Assembly (NCBI GenBank): GCA_051362555.1
Contig: CM120641.1
Location: 45,700,401-45,764,400, forward strand
Source: Lingula anatina
Taxonomy: Eukaryota > Animalia > Brachiopoda
DNA length: 64,000 nucleotides
Direction of reading: 5' to 3'
The position numbers were made by a program, and so were the translations under genes. Shown piece by piece: positions 1 to 24,600 of the stretch (position 1 is the first letter of the stretch; the number at the start of each line of letters is the position of its first letter). The notes below the pieces were generated by a model. The model did not search any database. It saw only the letters and a list, made by a program, of their open reading frames with translations, and had not been told where the DNA came from.

Positions 1-3000
1 GGTTGTGTTAAACAAATTTTCACAATGAAAGTTGATTTGAAAATTCCCTAGCCAGAAGCAATATTACTACAAGTTCCAAAGCAAGACTACATTTGCCATG
101 AGTCCCACAAGATGAAATTGTATGAACAGTAGGTTCAACCATTCATGTTCACCACATGTCCACAGAACAATGCCCGTTCAGGCATCTCATGGCAAACATA
201 TCCTAGGTTTGAGGGACAAAGTCATTTTTATTTGTTTTAACACTGTAGGTGGGAATGGCTCTTTTTCTCTAAACTAGACTAGACTTTTAAGATGCCCCTC
301 ACAAACAAATTTAGGGCCAGAGCAGCCAGATGAATTTTTGATTGCAGACACATGAGAAAACAATGTTGAATCACTGAACAGTTAACTATTCATGCAGCTA
401 AAGCACATGATAGCAGCATTACACCAATTCTACACTCAAATCAACACAAAAATAACACTAGTGCTGCACCTTACAAGTTTACCAGTTACAGACTTGTGCG
501 CAACAACATGCAAAAAGCAGTTTTAATATGACATACATAAAAAACAGTATATGTACTACAAAAAATGCTCTGATGCTATATCAAAATAGTACATTTTGTA
601 AGACAAATAATTCCACTTTATTAATTTTGCAATTCTTCTTAAATGTGAATGAAAGCCAGCAAAACCAATGATTAAAGAAACATATCAATGGCCATTAAAA
701 TTTATGACCACAACTTAACTTGTGTATAGATTTAACAGTTCAAAAAGTTAGTCTTCACATTAAAAATATGAAAATATCACTGGGAACATAATGCATGCAA
801 TTAATGTGTCTTCTAGGAGACATATTATAACAATTAGATGTAAATATTTCAAATAAATGTATCATTATCCATACATCATTTAAGACTGAGACAGCAAGAA
901 TGTTAAAAAATTACACTTCTGCAGCAAAACTTACAGTGATGAATTGATCTTTTTAATTGGGAAATTGTGAATTTTAGAGATACCATTTTTTTAGTAATAA
1001 ATTATTGAAAGTGGTTGTAACAAAACTGAAAAGGGGCTAACTTTAAGTTCTATTGTAAATAATAGAAATACCACAAATGCCTCAAAAAAACATTCTCAAT
1101 GATTTCAAAATAATGTTTATGAAAGATAAAAATTTTCCCCATTGAAAAGATCGAGCCATAACCATAAATTTCTTTTTAAGCCAAACTACACAACAAACTA
1201 AATTAAAACTTATGCCAATCATTTGCTGATAATAATTTTGGAATGCTAATGGGAGATTCAGTCCCCGTTTAACTAAAACACCACAGTGTCACACTAACTT
1301 CAGTGCCCCTTTAACTAAAACTATCGTTTAAAGGGTCATTCCCAATGAAAGAATCATTCTACGTAGATCATTCCAACTCCACAGGAACTCTTGCAGAATG
1401 CAATCAGATTATTCCAATGTACTCGTATAATCACTCACTTTTTCTGTATTCTACACAATGCCAGGGGAGGCTGTCAATCTGATTGCATTTAGCGAGGAGT
1501 CCCCAAGCTATCAGACAGGTCTTCATAGAACAACAGTTTCACTGAGAGTGAGCACCTAACTCCAGCCATAGACAACTTTATAGAGAAGCTTAGGCATGTT
1601 TCACTAAACAACTTTGGACCCAAAGTTACTAAGACCAAAAACATTCAAGTTTATCAAGTTAAAGGAGTAGTAGTCCAATTAGGTGATAAATGCACGTTTC
1701 ATGTGAGAAAGAAATAAATTGTCAATATTTTGTCCGGCACAGTGTACAGTTACAATATTTTAGGTGGGCTACTGAAGCTGCTAGGGGGTAATTAATTATC
1801 GTTTAGCAGCTTCAGCAGGAGTGCCAGACATCTAAGCTGCTTAAGATGAAAACAATTTAGCGAGAAACCCCTCAGAGATAGATCGATCCTGTTAGATTGA
1901 CCTATGTATGGAAACCCAGTCCAATTTTTCTGTCTTAAGTCAACTAATTGGCCTTCAGTTCCTTTGTAAAACTACCTAAATAAAGTAACTTTTCTTCAGT
2001 CAACAGCTGGTTCATCTCTCACGGCCTTTGGAGAAATCATTCCAGGATGTCCAGTTTATCTCTCCAAACTAAATCGGACTGTCCTCTTAATACCTTGCTT
2101 TCTCAAAAAAATCATGATTTTTTTTCATGCATTACTATCATCATGTGCACATTTACCTTACATTCTCTAATCTCATTCAAAATTAAACACTTAACACATG
2201 AATTAATCAACTTTTTATCTACAGCAGAGTAAAAAGTCAATTGCAAATAAATATATTCAGACAGAATTGTATTTTGGCATTTAAGGGTTCATTTCATAAG
2301 GTTGTTTCTCCTGTAAATTGTTACAAGACCTGTAATTGCTACACAGGTAAGGGATATCAACTTAACAACCTGAGAGTATTCAACGGGTTCTGCCCCCGAG
2401 CTGTAATGGCTGGTATCTCCTTTTTAGATTTAGGGATTGAATTTCTCAGTGGTCCTAAAATTTCTAAGGATGAGAACACAATTTCTCCATGATTTAACAT
2501 CTATTGTTAACTAGATGCTGATGCATTTTGATTATTTCTTTTCAGCGGTTGTATACCACGTGTATAGAATATAATTGTATCTCTTTATTTTTAAGAACAT
2601 CATACAAATCTTCAGAGACAAATCACTGATTAGTTAATAAACTGAATCAGCACACTCTAAATAATATCTTTAATACAATATATTGCAATCTACCAAAATA
2701 TCAACAATATTCCAATAAACATAAATATATTAATGTTAATATCTTATTACCATAATGAAAAATTCATGGTTAAATTTTTGGGGCACGAAAATTACCTTAA
2801 TATGTCAAAATGCAAAACATTATTTGATTGCAGCTCTTGGCCTCTCATTATGCCTAGTTAATCCAACATGAACATAGTATCTTCTTTAACATCAACAGCT
2901 TTAGGATACTGACAGTAACAACCTCTACCTGGCAAATTACCTACAGTGCTTGCTACTAGAAACCAAAGAGGTTCACTGATGATGCAGGCAATTTGCCAGT

Positions 3001-3446
3001 TAACTTTGAAACCCAAGGTGTTTTCAGGGATTAAATGCCACAAGTGACGATGTGTGCACAATTGCTGGCCCTATATTTTTGTACCAAGCAGCTGACCATT
3101 TTTCTGGCATTTCAAAAAAAATCTCTCTTTTCACCTTTAATTCATCTCCTACTGAATGTGTGGTTAACCAGACATTGGCTGCTCGGGGCACTCCCATACC
3201 AGTACATCATGAATTGTTCCAATGTAGTTCCCTTTTTTCACATTCATCCATAAAGGGGAAATAAAATCATTCAACAAACTTTAGAAATTAGAGTCATAAA
3301 TTTGTTATCTGCAAATATTGGAAAGGTTCTCAAAATGCAATATTTCACTGCTTAGAGTAAAAAGAAAAAAAAAAAAAAAAAAAGGTTACTTGGCTAGTAA
3401 TTCCTCCAAATAAAATCACTCTTCGTGATTGGCAAGAGAATGCCGT

Positions 3447-14681
<11,235 letters not shown>

Positions 14682-16593
14682 TCCTGCTGAACTAGTAGAC
14701 CACTACACTTACTGGTGCTTGGACACTAAAATCTAAAAAAAAAAACAAACAAACAAACTGTTAATATTATAATAATTTTTATTATTTGAAAATAACAGAC
14801 TTCATTAGTTAATAAAGATTCATTACAGGTAACCTTTTTTGGACAGAGTCAAGTTTAAATCAATCCCTGGGTCAACATTGAAAATTTACAATCTAGACAG
14901 ATTTAAGAGTCTTGTCAATATCTGAAGATCCTTCTTGAGCTACCTTCATTTTGGTGTAGCATAGATATAGGCACCCATGTGTGAAACAACATGAAAACAG
15001 CTAATGCAATACATTACTCAGCAATGTATTTATGTATCACATTATGTAGACAGATAGAAAGATTGTGAGAAAGGTACCATTAGATTTAATCTGTCAAATC
15101 CGTAAAAAAAATTTTTGCTATTGAATTCATGTATAATGTGATTGTCAAAACTTCTTGTGGCATAACAATACAAGACCTTTAAAGAATAAAACATCAATTG
15201 TGAACAACACTGTATGACACTTGCTCACAAGGTATGTTACTAAAACAAATGCAAAGTTTATAAATCAATGGGTGCATTCTTATTTTTCCCACATCTATAA
15301 AGAGAAGTTAGCATTTTTGTTCACATTTTTGACTGACATACTCAAAATAAGTAATCATAAAGGAAATATTCAACATACTCAATTTCACCATAACAGATTA
15401 AATATTTGTGTGAAAATAGTTCTCATTAACCAGTTGACTGTCTTTTTCTTTTCACTCTTAAAGACTTGGTCACAACTGAATTATACCTGATCTAAGTGCT
15501 CTAGATCTACAAGGATTTTACACAAGTCAGCCATCACAGATCATATGACAGGTAACAACCATGTGCCAAAAAGGGACAATATCAAAATGAAAACAATTAC
15601 AACTGAACAAAAGTTTTAGGAGTTTATCTGAATAAGAATGAAACAACACACCAAATGCAAGGATATAGATGACAGAGCACACTAACTGTCCCATGTGCCT
15701 GAGGATATTCTCAAACCCAACCTCATTTAACTTGTATATCAAGATGCAGAAGACTTTTTGGTCTGCTATAGAGTTTTGGACCATTTATTTCACTAATGCT
15801 GAATGCAATCGAGAATTTACTTGCCACAGTTGCATTTATAAATACTGTTGCGCAAATCACAGTTGCATCTATAAATACAAGATTGCGGCCTTAGATGCAA
15901 TCCCATTTATGACACAAAATAATAAGTAGGGAGTCTCCCAGGCACGGTTATAACAGGTAAAATACTGTTACATAAATCATATCATAGTGAATATGACAGA
16001 GATTGTGGTCAGTAATCTATCAATCTTTTACTGCCTATATTCCAACCAGGTGATTCTTTTTTCACCTGGCTCATATGAACTACCTTAGTCTGAGGTAAAA
16101 CTTCAAGGAGACAAACTGCTGGGTTATATGAGCAAACTCAAGATTTTGAACAAAACCAATATTTTTGACAGAAAAGAAAAAAATCTTCACTTGCTTCAGC
16201 AAAATAGTAATACTTTCTGTTTAAGAACCTTGGCTTTAACTTACAATGAGATCACTAAATCTTTAAGCCTAGCAGGAAATAGGATCTTTGCTTTAATGAT
16301 CAACAATAAATTTTATGGTTTGCATGCAGAAAGGAAATCTCACAATTTTTTCAATTCAATTTATTTCTGTACTGGTACATAGATTGTCATGACCTTGTAC
16401 AATATGATATACTAATGACGATACAATACAATTAGTGCATTACCATTTCTCTAGTTGGTATTATGTTGCCTATCCATTTGTGAATGAAAAAATAATCTTT
16501 ATATAATGAACATACATACATTTAACATTAACTGTTGGCAGACCAGCAGTTATTCACCTGAACTGACAATGATCTGATCTTCTGTCAGTGTAA

Positions 16594-16849
16594 GACCCCA
16601 TTTTCATACCTATATTGATCCAGCAGGACCCACTCATCTCTGGGGGGATACTCACTAAATTGCATTCAGATTAAGTGACTTAGATGTCTGGCATGCCTAC
16701 TGAAGCTGTTAGAAGACAGTTTATTACCTTCTAACAGCTTTATTAGGTGTACCAGACATCAGAGCTGCTTGAACTGAATGTAATTTAGTGGGAACCCCCT
16801 CAGAAATGGGTCGATCCTGCTAAATCAACCTAGGTATGAGAATAGCATC
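16594..16849. mobile_element. Degenerate palindromic MITE (related copies near 1760-1915 and 36060-36140)
   Basis: Long imperfect inverted arms flanked by TAA. Shares the CCAGACATC..AGCTGCTT..AATTTAG..CCCCTCAGA.ATG..TCGATCC segment with the other copies. Confidence 0.55.
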
Positions 16850-19165
16850 TAAATGGCTGGCATTATGTACAACCAAGGTCCATAAACCCATGTCCCACTA
16901 TACATGAGGAACCTACTGTATGGCACCCAACAGACCCAACATATGACACAATATTTTTAGGCCCTGGGCTCTTGTTAAAAAAACTTCTTAACAGTAAGAA
17001 CTTAAAAAGTTACAGACTGGTCTCACCTTAAAAACTGAAAATCAATGTCTACTCCAAGCCAGCAAAATTGCAGCAGTAAACTGAAGTTGAGCAGTCTTTG
17101 GTCTAATCTCAAGACCTTTTAGAAAAAGGGGTCTGCTTTCTCCAATTTAAGGGCTCCGTGTGAACAAATTATGTTGGTCTTCAACTAACCAGTATATGCC
17201 TAAGTCATCACAACAATTGTTTATACTTACAGAGCTTACTGTCAGAATAACTATCAGGTTATTAGCATCACAAATATCAACTGTCAGATGTTTTAATGGT
17301 ACGTGTGCTAAACGCAAACACTACATGATGACAGTGCAGAAATTTTCAGGTACATAAAAGAAACCCATGCGGTGGTAAACATACCTTAGCAGTTCAAGGT
17401 TCTGCACAATAATGAAAGTGTATTTTACATTAAGCAGGGGCTAATGACATTACTGCATGTTCTTGAAATCATTTTGAATTTTTATTCATTATCACCACAG
17501 GTTTTTAAGTTCATGGAAGTGAAACTCAGCATTTCGAGAATGTTCTGACAAGCTTTTTATTGGCTTAAAGGCAAATTTCTCTTTGTCTGTGAAACATATT
17601 TTTTATTCACCTTCCAATACTAGACAGAGATTTTAAAATCTTTAAATTAAGAAAAAATTCCCATAACTGCACTGCAGGTTGGGGTTTTTCAAAATGGCAA
17701 TGTAATGTTTGTTTTGTGTTGAATATATATTCACCTCAGATACACCTCCAGTAATTGTGTCAAGCACACTTCTTGAGGCTAGATAACGATTAATGATAAA
17801 AAATAACTGAGGACAAGAGTACGAGAAAAGAGTACAAGAAAATGTCAATATTTGGTAAACATCTGTCATTAAATTCACAGTTAAATTACAATTTCTAGAA
17901 AAAAACTTGGTAAATGTCTATTTTCTTTAAAGGCAATAAGAAATGTTTTGGTAATGTTTAACCTATTTGTTTTGCATTCATTGCAATATATCACATTAAC
18001 AAAAAATTCTGAAGTTTTTGGGATAAGTTTTTATTCATGACGGTTTTTCATTGGATGGCTAACCACTCAGTGGACCTGCAATTCTGATCTCAAAGAAGTC
18101 TACCTCACAATTTTAAATGTATTTGACATATAATACCTAAATGTCTTGGGCTACTACTGGCATCATTGAAATTAAAAACCCTCTTTAAGACAGTTTCACA
18201 ATTGAGACAATTGAGGGGCTTGCAGTTGACAAAAAAAGGTAAGAAAACCTCTCAGATTCCTTGTGAAATTGAGCAATTTAAATAGACTAAAAATTTCAGC
18301 CCTTAAACTGACTTCAGACCTTTTGTGCAACAGGTCACTGGGCAGTCTTGTCGCACCCTACTGGTTTGAAGTTTGAACTCATCTATAATCTGTGCACACA
18401 CATACAATGACATATCAGGTATCTTATTATGCTTGGACCTTCTTTTAACCTGCACAAAATGCATTAATCTTAATTCAATTTAAAATGGTAGGTCATTCCG
18501 ACTTTGTTGCTTTTGTCACAATAACCCAGTTTCAACGTAGCATCATACAGATTACCCAGTTATTTTTAGTTCTTCAACCACAGAGGGTGACAAATGGTCA
18601 TATATCCATGCTTCATCACAACATACATACCCAACAGGCAGGTGGCTCTTTTGGCTGACTATACCCACACTGTTACAACAATGCAAACAGTGCATGCAAT
18701 TTTTTCATAATTTTTTCAAATCTTTTCTTTATTTGTTTAAAGAGAAATATACCTGTTCTAAATCAGTTTTATCTCATGTTATTATCTCAAATGGAACCTT
18801 AGCATTCCTGCACGTCTTCCAGTGGAATGCAATAAGTAATTACAAAGACAGATACTCTATGCTTCAGTTTCCAGCACAGGTACATCCCTTTTATTATTAG
18901 AAAAAAGGGGGTGCTTTCACATTAAAATTATTGTACTAGGCAGATGGATCCAACTCCACAAGGACTCTCACTGAATGCAATCAGATGGACTAAATGACAC
19001 GCCTCCTTGTCTCCAATGTACTTGTATAATCAACAGCTTTTCTGTATTCTATACCATTCCAGGTGGAGGAGGCTTGTTAATCTTTTAATCCTGATAACGT
19101 ACATGAATGACTTAGGCACATAAGCGCATGGACTAAGGGTGCATTCACAATGCTACTGTTGAACA

Positions 19166-19351
19166 AGGTAGATCGATCCAACTCTGCAGGAACTCTTGCT
19201 GCATTCAGTTCAATTTACTGAATGACAAGCCTCCTTTTGTTTCCATTGTACTGGTGTAATATATTCTTCTCAACACCAGGGGGAAAATGTGCTTATCTTT
19301 TAATTTGATTGCATACAGCGAGAGTCCCAGTGGAGTTGGAGCGATCTACCT
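19166..19351. mobile_element. Degenerate MITE (related copies near 1362-1505, 18938-19090, 25124-25222)
   Basis: TIRs AGGTAGATCGATCCAACTC / GAGTTGGAGCGATCTACCT. The CCAACTCCAC.GGAACTCTTGC.GAATGCAATCA motif recurs across the window. Confidence 0.6.
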
Positions 19352-19774
19352 AGTATGATAATTTCATTGTGGGCTGACCCAAGGTCTGTGCTCAGCTTCA
19401 ATCTGATAGCTGCATTACATAAAGCTGATTTTGTAACAATGACTTTAAGACATTTTACAAATGACTACCCTACAAATTATGCTATACTTCTAGGGACTTA
19501 ATCAAAGGTAAAATCATTTCCAAAACAATCACGTACTGGTACTATTTGTTCTAAGAGCTTAATTAAGAAACTGGGCACTAGACCTCTTGAAATGCTAAAC
19601 TGTAGGGCCGAATTCTTACCAGTCTTTGCTTTGACTGATGTTCTATTTTAATCATTTTATGAAACAGGATGTACCATTAACTAGTTTAACTAGTGCCTTA
19701 TGTTTATGCTATCAGCAATAATCACATTAACACATTAGCACTAACAGTTATACATAATTTATAGACTGTTTACG

Positions 19775-19944
19775 CAGGCCTGTAGCCAGGAGTGGTTGGG
19801 AAAGAACCCCCCTTTTTGCCAGGAAAAGGTCCCCTCTGGATAAGATTTTATCTAGGTACATGAAGGTTTCATGGTAAAAGGTCCAGTTTTTAGGAAAAAG
19901 CCCCCCACTATTTTTTGAAATTGCTACTTGTAGCTACGGGCCTG
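19775..19944. mobile_element. 170-bp MITE with CAGGCC termini and a 5-bp TSD
   Basis: TIR CAGGCCTGTAGC / GCTACGGGCCTG, with TTACG immediately on both sides. Confidence 0.8.
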
Positions 19945-20239
19945 TTACGTAACCACACGTCAGATATCTCGCTTATCTTTTAAAATTAAGATACCAGCAC
20001 TCGCTTCTAGAAACGTAGCTATGCATTGTCCTTGGGTCAATATTATTTGTCAATAATAGAGGTGAAAATGCCAGAATATACGTGTACATTTAATCCGCAC
20101 TCACTAATAAAAACGCCTTGGCAACAGAAACTAACAGCCCTTAGGATATTTCGATAATCTTATATAAAATTATTGCGTCAGAAAGTAGGTTAAAAGAAGC
20201 AGCACTGATGTAATATCACTGCAGGCACTGTACCGCATC

Positions 20240-20850
20240 AACGTTTACCGTTAGTAGCCGCGTTAACAATCAGAGACAAGACCTCGCTCGTAACTCGAAT
20301 ATAGATCTTTTCGGGATTTTTCCACTCACTAACAATCACTGATCGAATTAGCAATAAAAGCCGGTGCCGGTTGTGGGGCGGTCTCATGGCTTAACATTCA
20401 GAGATACAAATCTGCACAGCTCGCCAACTTACCTTTTCTCCGGTTATCTGTGCCTTAATCATTTAAACATCTGTTATACACGTGAAATGCGTTACATGAA
20501 ATGCTCCTTTGCAAGACATGCGTCACATGTGTCTTCGTGAACTAAAGAGGTTAGTGTTGCGAAGTTACCCATAATTTGCCTTTAGTTTTACACTCTTCGT
20601 TTCTGTTACGTAACATTATATTCCTCCAAATAATTTTTAAATAATCCCAGTATAATATTAAAATAGGCAATTAGAATATTTTATATGACATCAGTTAAAA
20701 TTTTCTGTTCATTTTTTAAAAAGAGATAAAGCGAAACTTTTTATGGTGGTGCAGTTAGCTCTGCTCTAAAGGAAAACAAACACAAGGGACGAGATCGTTA
20801 CGACATCGGATTTTATTTCCCGTTGAAATGTGTCATTTATAATGAAATGT
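20240..20850. promoter_or_regulatory. Putative bidirectional CpG-rich promoter shared by GLUT (-) and STOML1 (+)
   Basis: Local CpG enrichment between two divergently oriented genes whose bodies are CpG-poor. CACGTG at 20479-20484. Candidate plus-strand donor GTATGT near 20849. Confidence 0.45.
20433..20462 (-). other. Putative first exon of the GLUT gene (AAG|GTAAGT donor; contains an ATG-initiated MIKAQITGEK frame)
   Basis: Perfect consensus donor at 20432-20427 on the minus strand inside a CpG-rich patch. The ATG-containing exon at 14732-14649 has an acceptor, so an upstream exon is expected. Confidence 0.5.
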
Positions 20851-21699
20851 ATGTAAATTTTGAAAGATAATTATATTTTTAGATTTAAAATCTTACTGCT
20901 GACAAATATATTCATAAGCTGGATATTGATAAGTAGTGTTTTTTTTTACATCGGTCTTGCCGGTCGGCATTAATTTACTTGTACTGAGTACGTACATGTA
21001 CAGTATATGTTCTGCCAAATTCTGTACGTCCATTAACATAATATATGTGCCCAGTACGTCTTGTATTTACTTATAACTGCAAAATAAGATTGGACTTCAT
21101 TCGAGTCTATACTTTAAAAGGGGGATCAAAATAATTAAATGAAGTTCAAAACACAAGTTTGAGAGATATCAAAACAAGGTACCATGGTAGTCAACATGTA
21201 TAATCTTGATAATTTGTTCAGAGTGAAACTGGTAATTTGCAAGACCGTGTATGTGGCGAACGTATAACATTGAAATCTTTCTTTTGCCCCAACTTGGCTT
21301 TTACTAACTGATTTTGGTTATTTCTAGGTTAATTAATTTTATTTACCAGATAGATATCTTTTGTAATGGAATTTTGCTGAACAGATGTGAAATTTGCTGC
21401 TTTTCAGTTTGTTAACCACCAGACACTTTTTTTTGGCAGATATACTGTACCTGTTTCAGCATGGCACATAGACTAGGCTTCCTTAGAGTTCTATAACTAT
21501 GAAGCCAGTGAGTGTTGTATCTTAAATACACAACCATAATACATACACCATGTTTAGCCATAAATACATGTACAATACTGATAGCACATGTGCACACATG
21601 TATGTTTGTGTACCAGTAGACAAGTGCTAGCATAAAGTATCATAGGGAATTGTATCATAATGTGTGTATTTGTATATATATCTTCAGCAGAACTCAGGA

Positions 21700-24600
21700 A
21701 TGACTGCCAAATACACCCGTATACCCATGTCTGAAAATGAAGGCCTAAAAATAGATTTCTCATCGGCTTTCCAATATGGTGGCATGCCTGGTCAGCATGC
21801 AACATCATCTAATGGTGGCTCATCCAGGTATTTCTCATATGAAGGAAATGACAGGGACGATAATAGAAGAGAGCCTGATGATGTAGCAGGTAGAGGTTCT
21901 TTCATGGGATTTTTAAGTCTTATGTAAAACATAATGACATTTTGGTGACAGTTTACACTTTTATCATGCTGGAATTATGTATGGTTTCCCAAATATGCTA
22001 TACCGGAATGCATGCTTAAAGTATTTTACATCTGTTCCTAGCTGTGTGCTTTGTTAAAAAAAAAAATGACAGTACCCCCCCCCCCCCCCCCCCCAAAGTA
22101 TAACTTATGTTCTAGGATTCTGTTTAGGCAGAGGGATCTTTTAGAGAAAGTAGAGGGACATAGATATATGGCAACAATATTTACTTTAACATAAAGTTCA
22201 TTTGCTAATTTTTGCATTCTTGAAATTTTATGAATAAAAGTAAATATTATTTTCAGGCCCCACAACGTTGACCAGGTGTTACAGTAATTTTGTTGAAGTC
22301 CTGTGTTATATACTGGTTTGTATAACAATACCTGTGTCAGGATGGTTTGTATTCAAGGTAAGTCCTATGTTATATACTGGTTTGTATAACAATACCTGTG
22401 TCAGGATGGTTGTATTCAAGGTAAGTCCTATGTTATATACTGGTTTGTATAACAATACCTGTGTCAGGATGGTTTGTATTCAAGGTAAGTCCTATGTTAT
22501 ATACTGGTTTGTATAACAATACCTGTGTCAGGATGGTTTGTATTCAAGGTAAGTCCTGTGTTATATACTGGTTTGTATAACAGTACTTATATAGTTTATC
22601 TGTTCACAATAATATCTAAATAAATAATTTTTCATATAGCCAGTAGACTCTAATATAAGTTGGTCCTCAGTTTTTACCTCTTTCCACAGTTACTGCATAT
22701 CCCATCATGGCATTCCTTAAAATAATTAGCAGGTACATGTAATAAAATTAAATTTACATTGATTCCAGCATTTTGAATAGTTGTCATATAACTCATATTT
22801 GCATTACTTTATTCAGGTCTGTAAACAGTTTGAACGTGTGGTCATCTTTAGGCTGGGAAGAAGACGAGGGGTCAAGGGACCAGGTGAGGAAAAAAAAATC
22901 TTGGTAGGGGCACCCCTTAAAAGTAGGGTGCATGTCCCTGAAAATAGTCTGAGGATCTTGGAAAATATTTCAAATGATGATTTTTGCCTGATTTTGCATA
23001 AACTGCAGTGAGAATCGTCCAAGAGAGCCCAAAATCTCACAACTAAGCATAAAATCATGTGAGATTTTGATTGATTTGAAGGGGAATATGGTTTTGGTTA
23101 TGATGAAAGACTTACAATGTAACTGGCAAGTGCAGTGCAACAATGAAGAAATTCTGATAGAATTTATCCACACATATTTTTCTGGTAGTGTTTTTCTTAA
23201 GATCAGTGGAATTACAGTCTATTACACTATGATGCATATTAGTGCATTATGTTTTGCATTTGTATCACTTTGTAAGTCATTATTCTTGGGGTATTAAGTT
23301 TCACCCTTTTCACTGAAAAATGAACTCCACCTCTTGTAGACTCAACACGTTTTCTAGTCTCATTTGACATCATGCTGTGCAGATACCCTAGTTCAAAATG
23401 GAAATCTCGGGTGATTTCCATACAGTTATGTCCGACATTTCATCACAGATCTCGTTGGCATTCCATTGGATATGACTTTTTTAACAGGGTTTGGCTTTTA
23501 ACAGAGGGGCCATAGCGATAGTCCGAAGGTTCAATAGTCCGAAGGTTCATTGGTCCGAATGTTCACTATAGAACCTTCGGACCAATGAACCCTTGATGAA
23601 AAAATCGATGAAAATGTTACCACTTTTCGGACCAATGAACCTTCGGACCAATGAACCTTTGGACTATCGAGATGCCCCCTTAACAGAAAGGTGTGCTTGG
23701 AAGATTAAGCTTTAGTTTTAATCATTTTACGCACAATCTTAATTATTTCATTGCTTTTCAGGTGTTACAATGGTGCTCCCCTGCTTGGACAGGTATACAG
23801 TTGTAGATATGAGAACCAAGGCATTCAGTGTGCCTCCTATTCAGGTGAGCTCTTTAGAAATGGAGATTGCATTGACACAGTTGTTAGCTAGTTCATCATG
23901 TTTAGAAAATATGTAACAATAAACAAGTGCCTGATGCAATGTATGGACATTATATACCTTTAAATTTACACTTGTCAAGAGCGGAAACATTCTTTATGGA
24001 GTGAAAATAATGCTTTTTACTTAAAAATTATGTAATACTATATGTATTAAATGTGGTACATGTACATGCAGGTATACAACATTGAGCATGTGCACTGTGT
24101 GTGCCCGACAGAAAAACAGTCAATTGTTACAATAATCAAACTCCAGACTGTGTAAAATTGTATTTCCTGAAAGTGTAGTCTTGTTTCCTTAATAATAAGG
24201 CTCTCTGCATGGTAAATGTTAAATATCTATGTTAAGGGTACCCTAATTTTGCAAAGAAAAGTGTAATCTTTTTACTGTTTGTTGCTAGATTTAGCATAAA
24301 GTTTCAAAATTTGATTTGGTTACAATTATTCTGCTATTTAGTAGAAATATATGTATATTTTTTATTCTAGAATGAGCCCAGGCTGTTTTTCTTACTTTGA
24401 ACAGGAGGCTCAAGACTCTGTACTCAGTCACTAATTTTGATTACCTTTCATGTAGGTCTTCACCTCGGACAATGGAGTGATAGAGACAGGAGCTGATGTC
24501 CACTACAGGGTCACTGACCCTGTCCATTTTGTCACCAGTGTCCAGGACCCCAACCATGCCCTCAGGGAACTGACCAAGACCAGCCTGCGGAACCAGTTAA

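Noticed and set aside
22296-22582. Possible CRISPR-like array
   Set aside because: Units are contiguous head-to-tail with no unique spacers, the context is a eukaryotic gene, and there are no cas genes.
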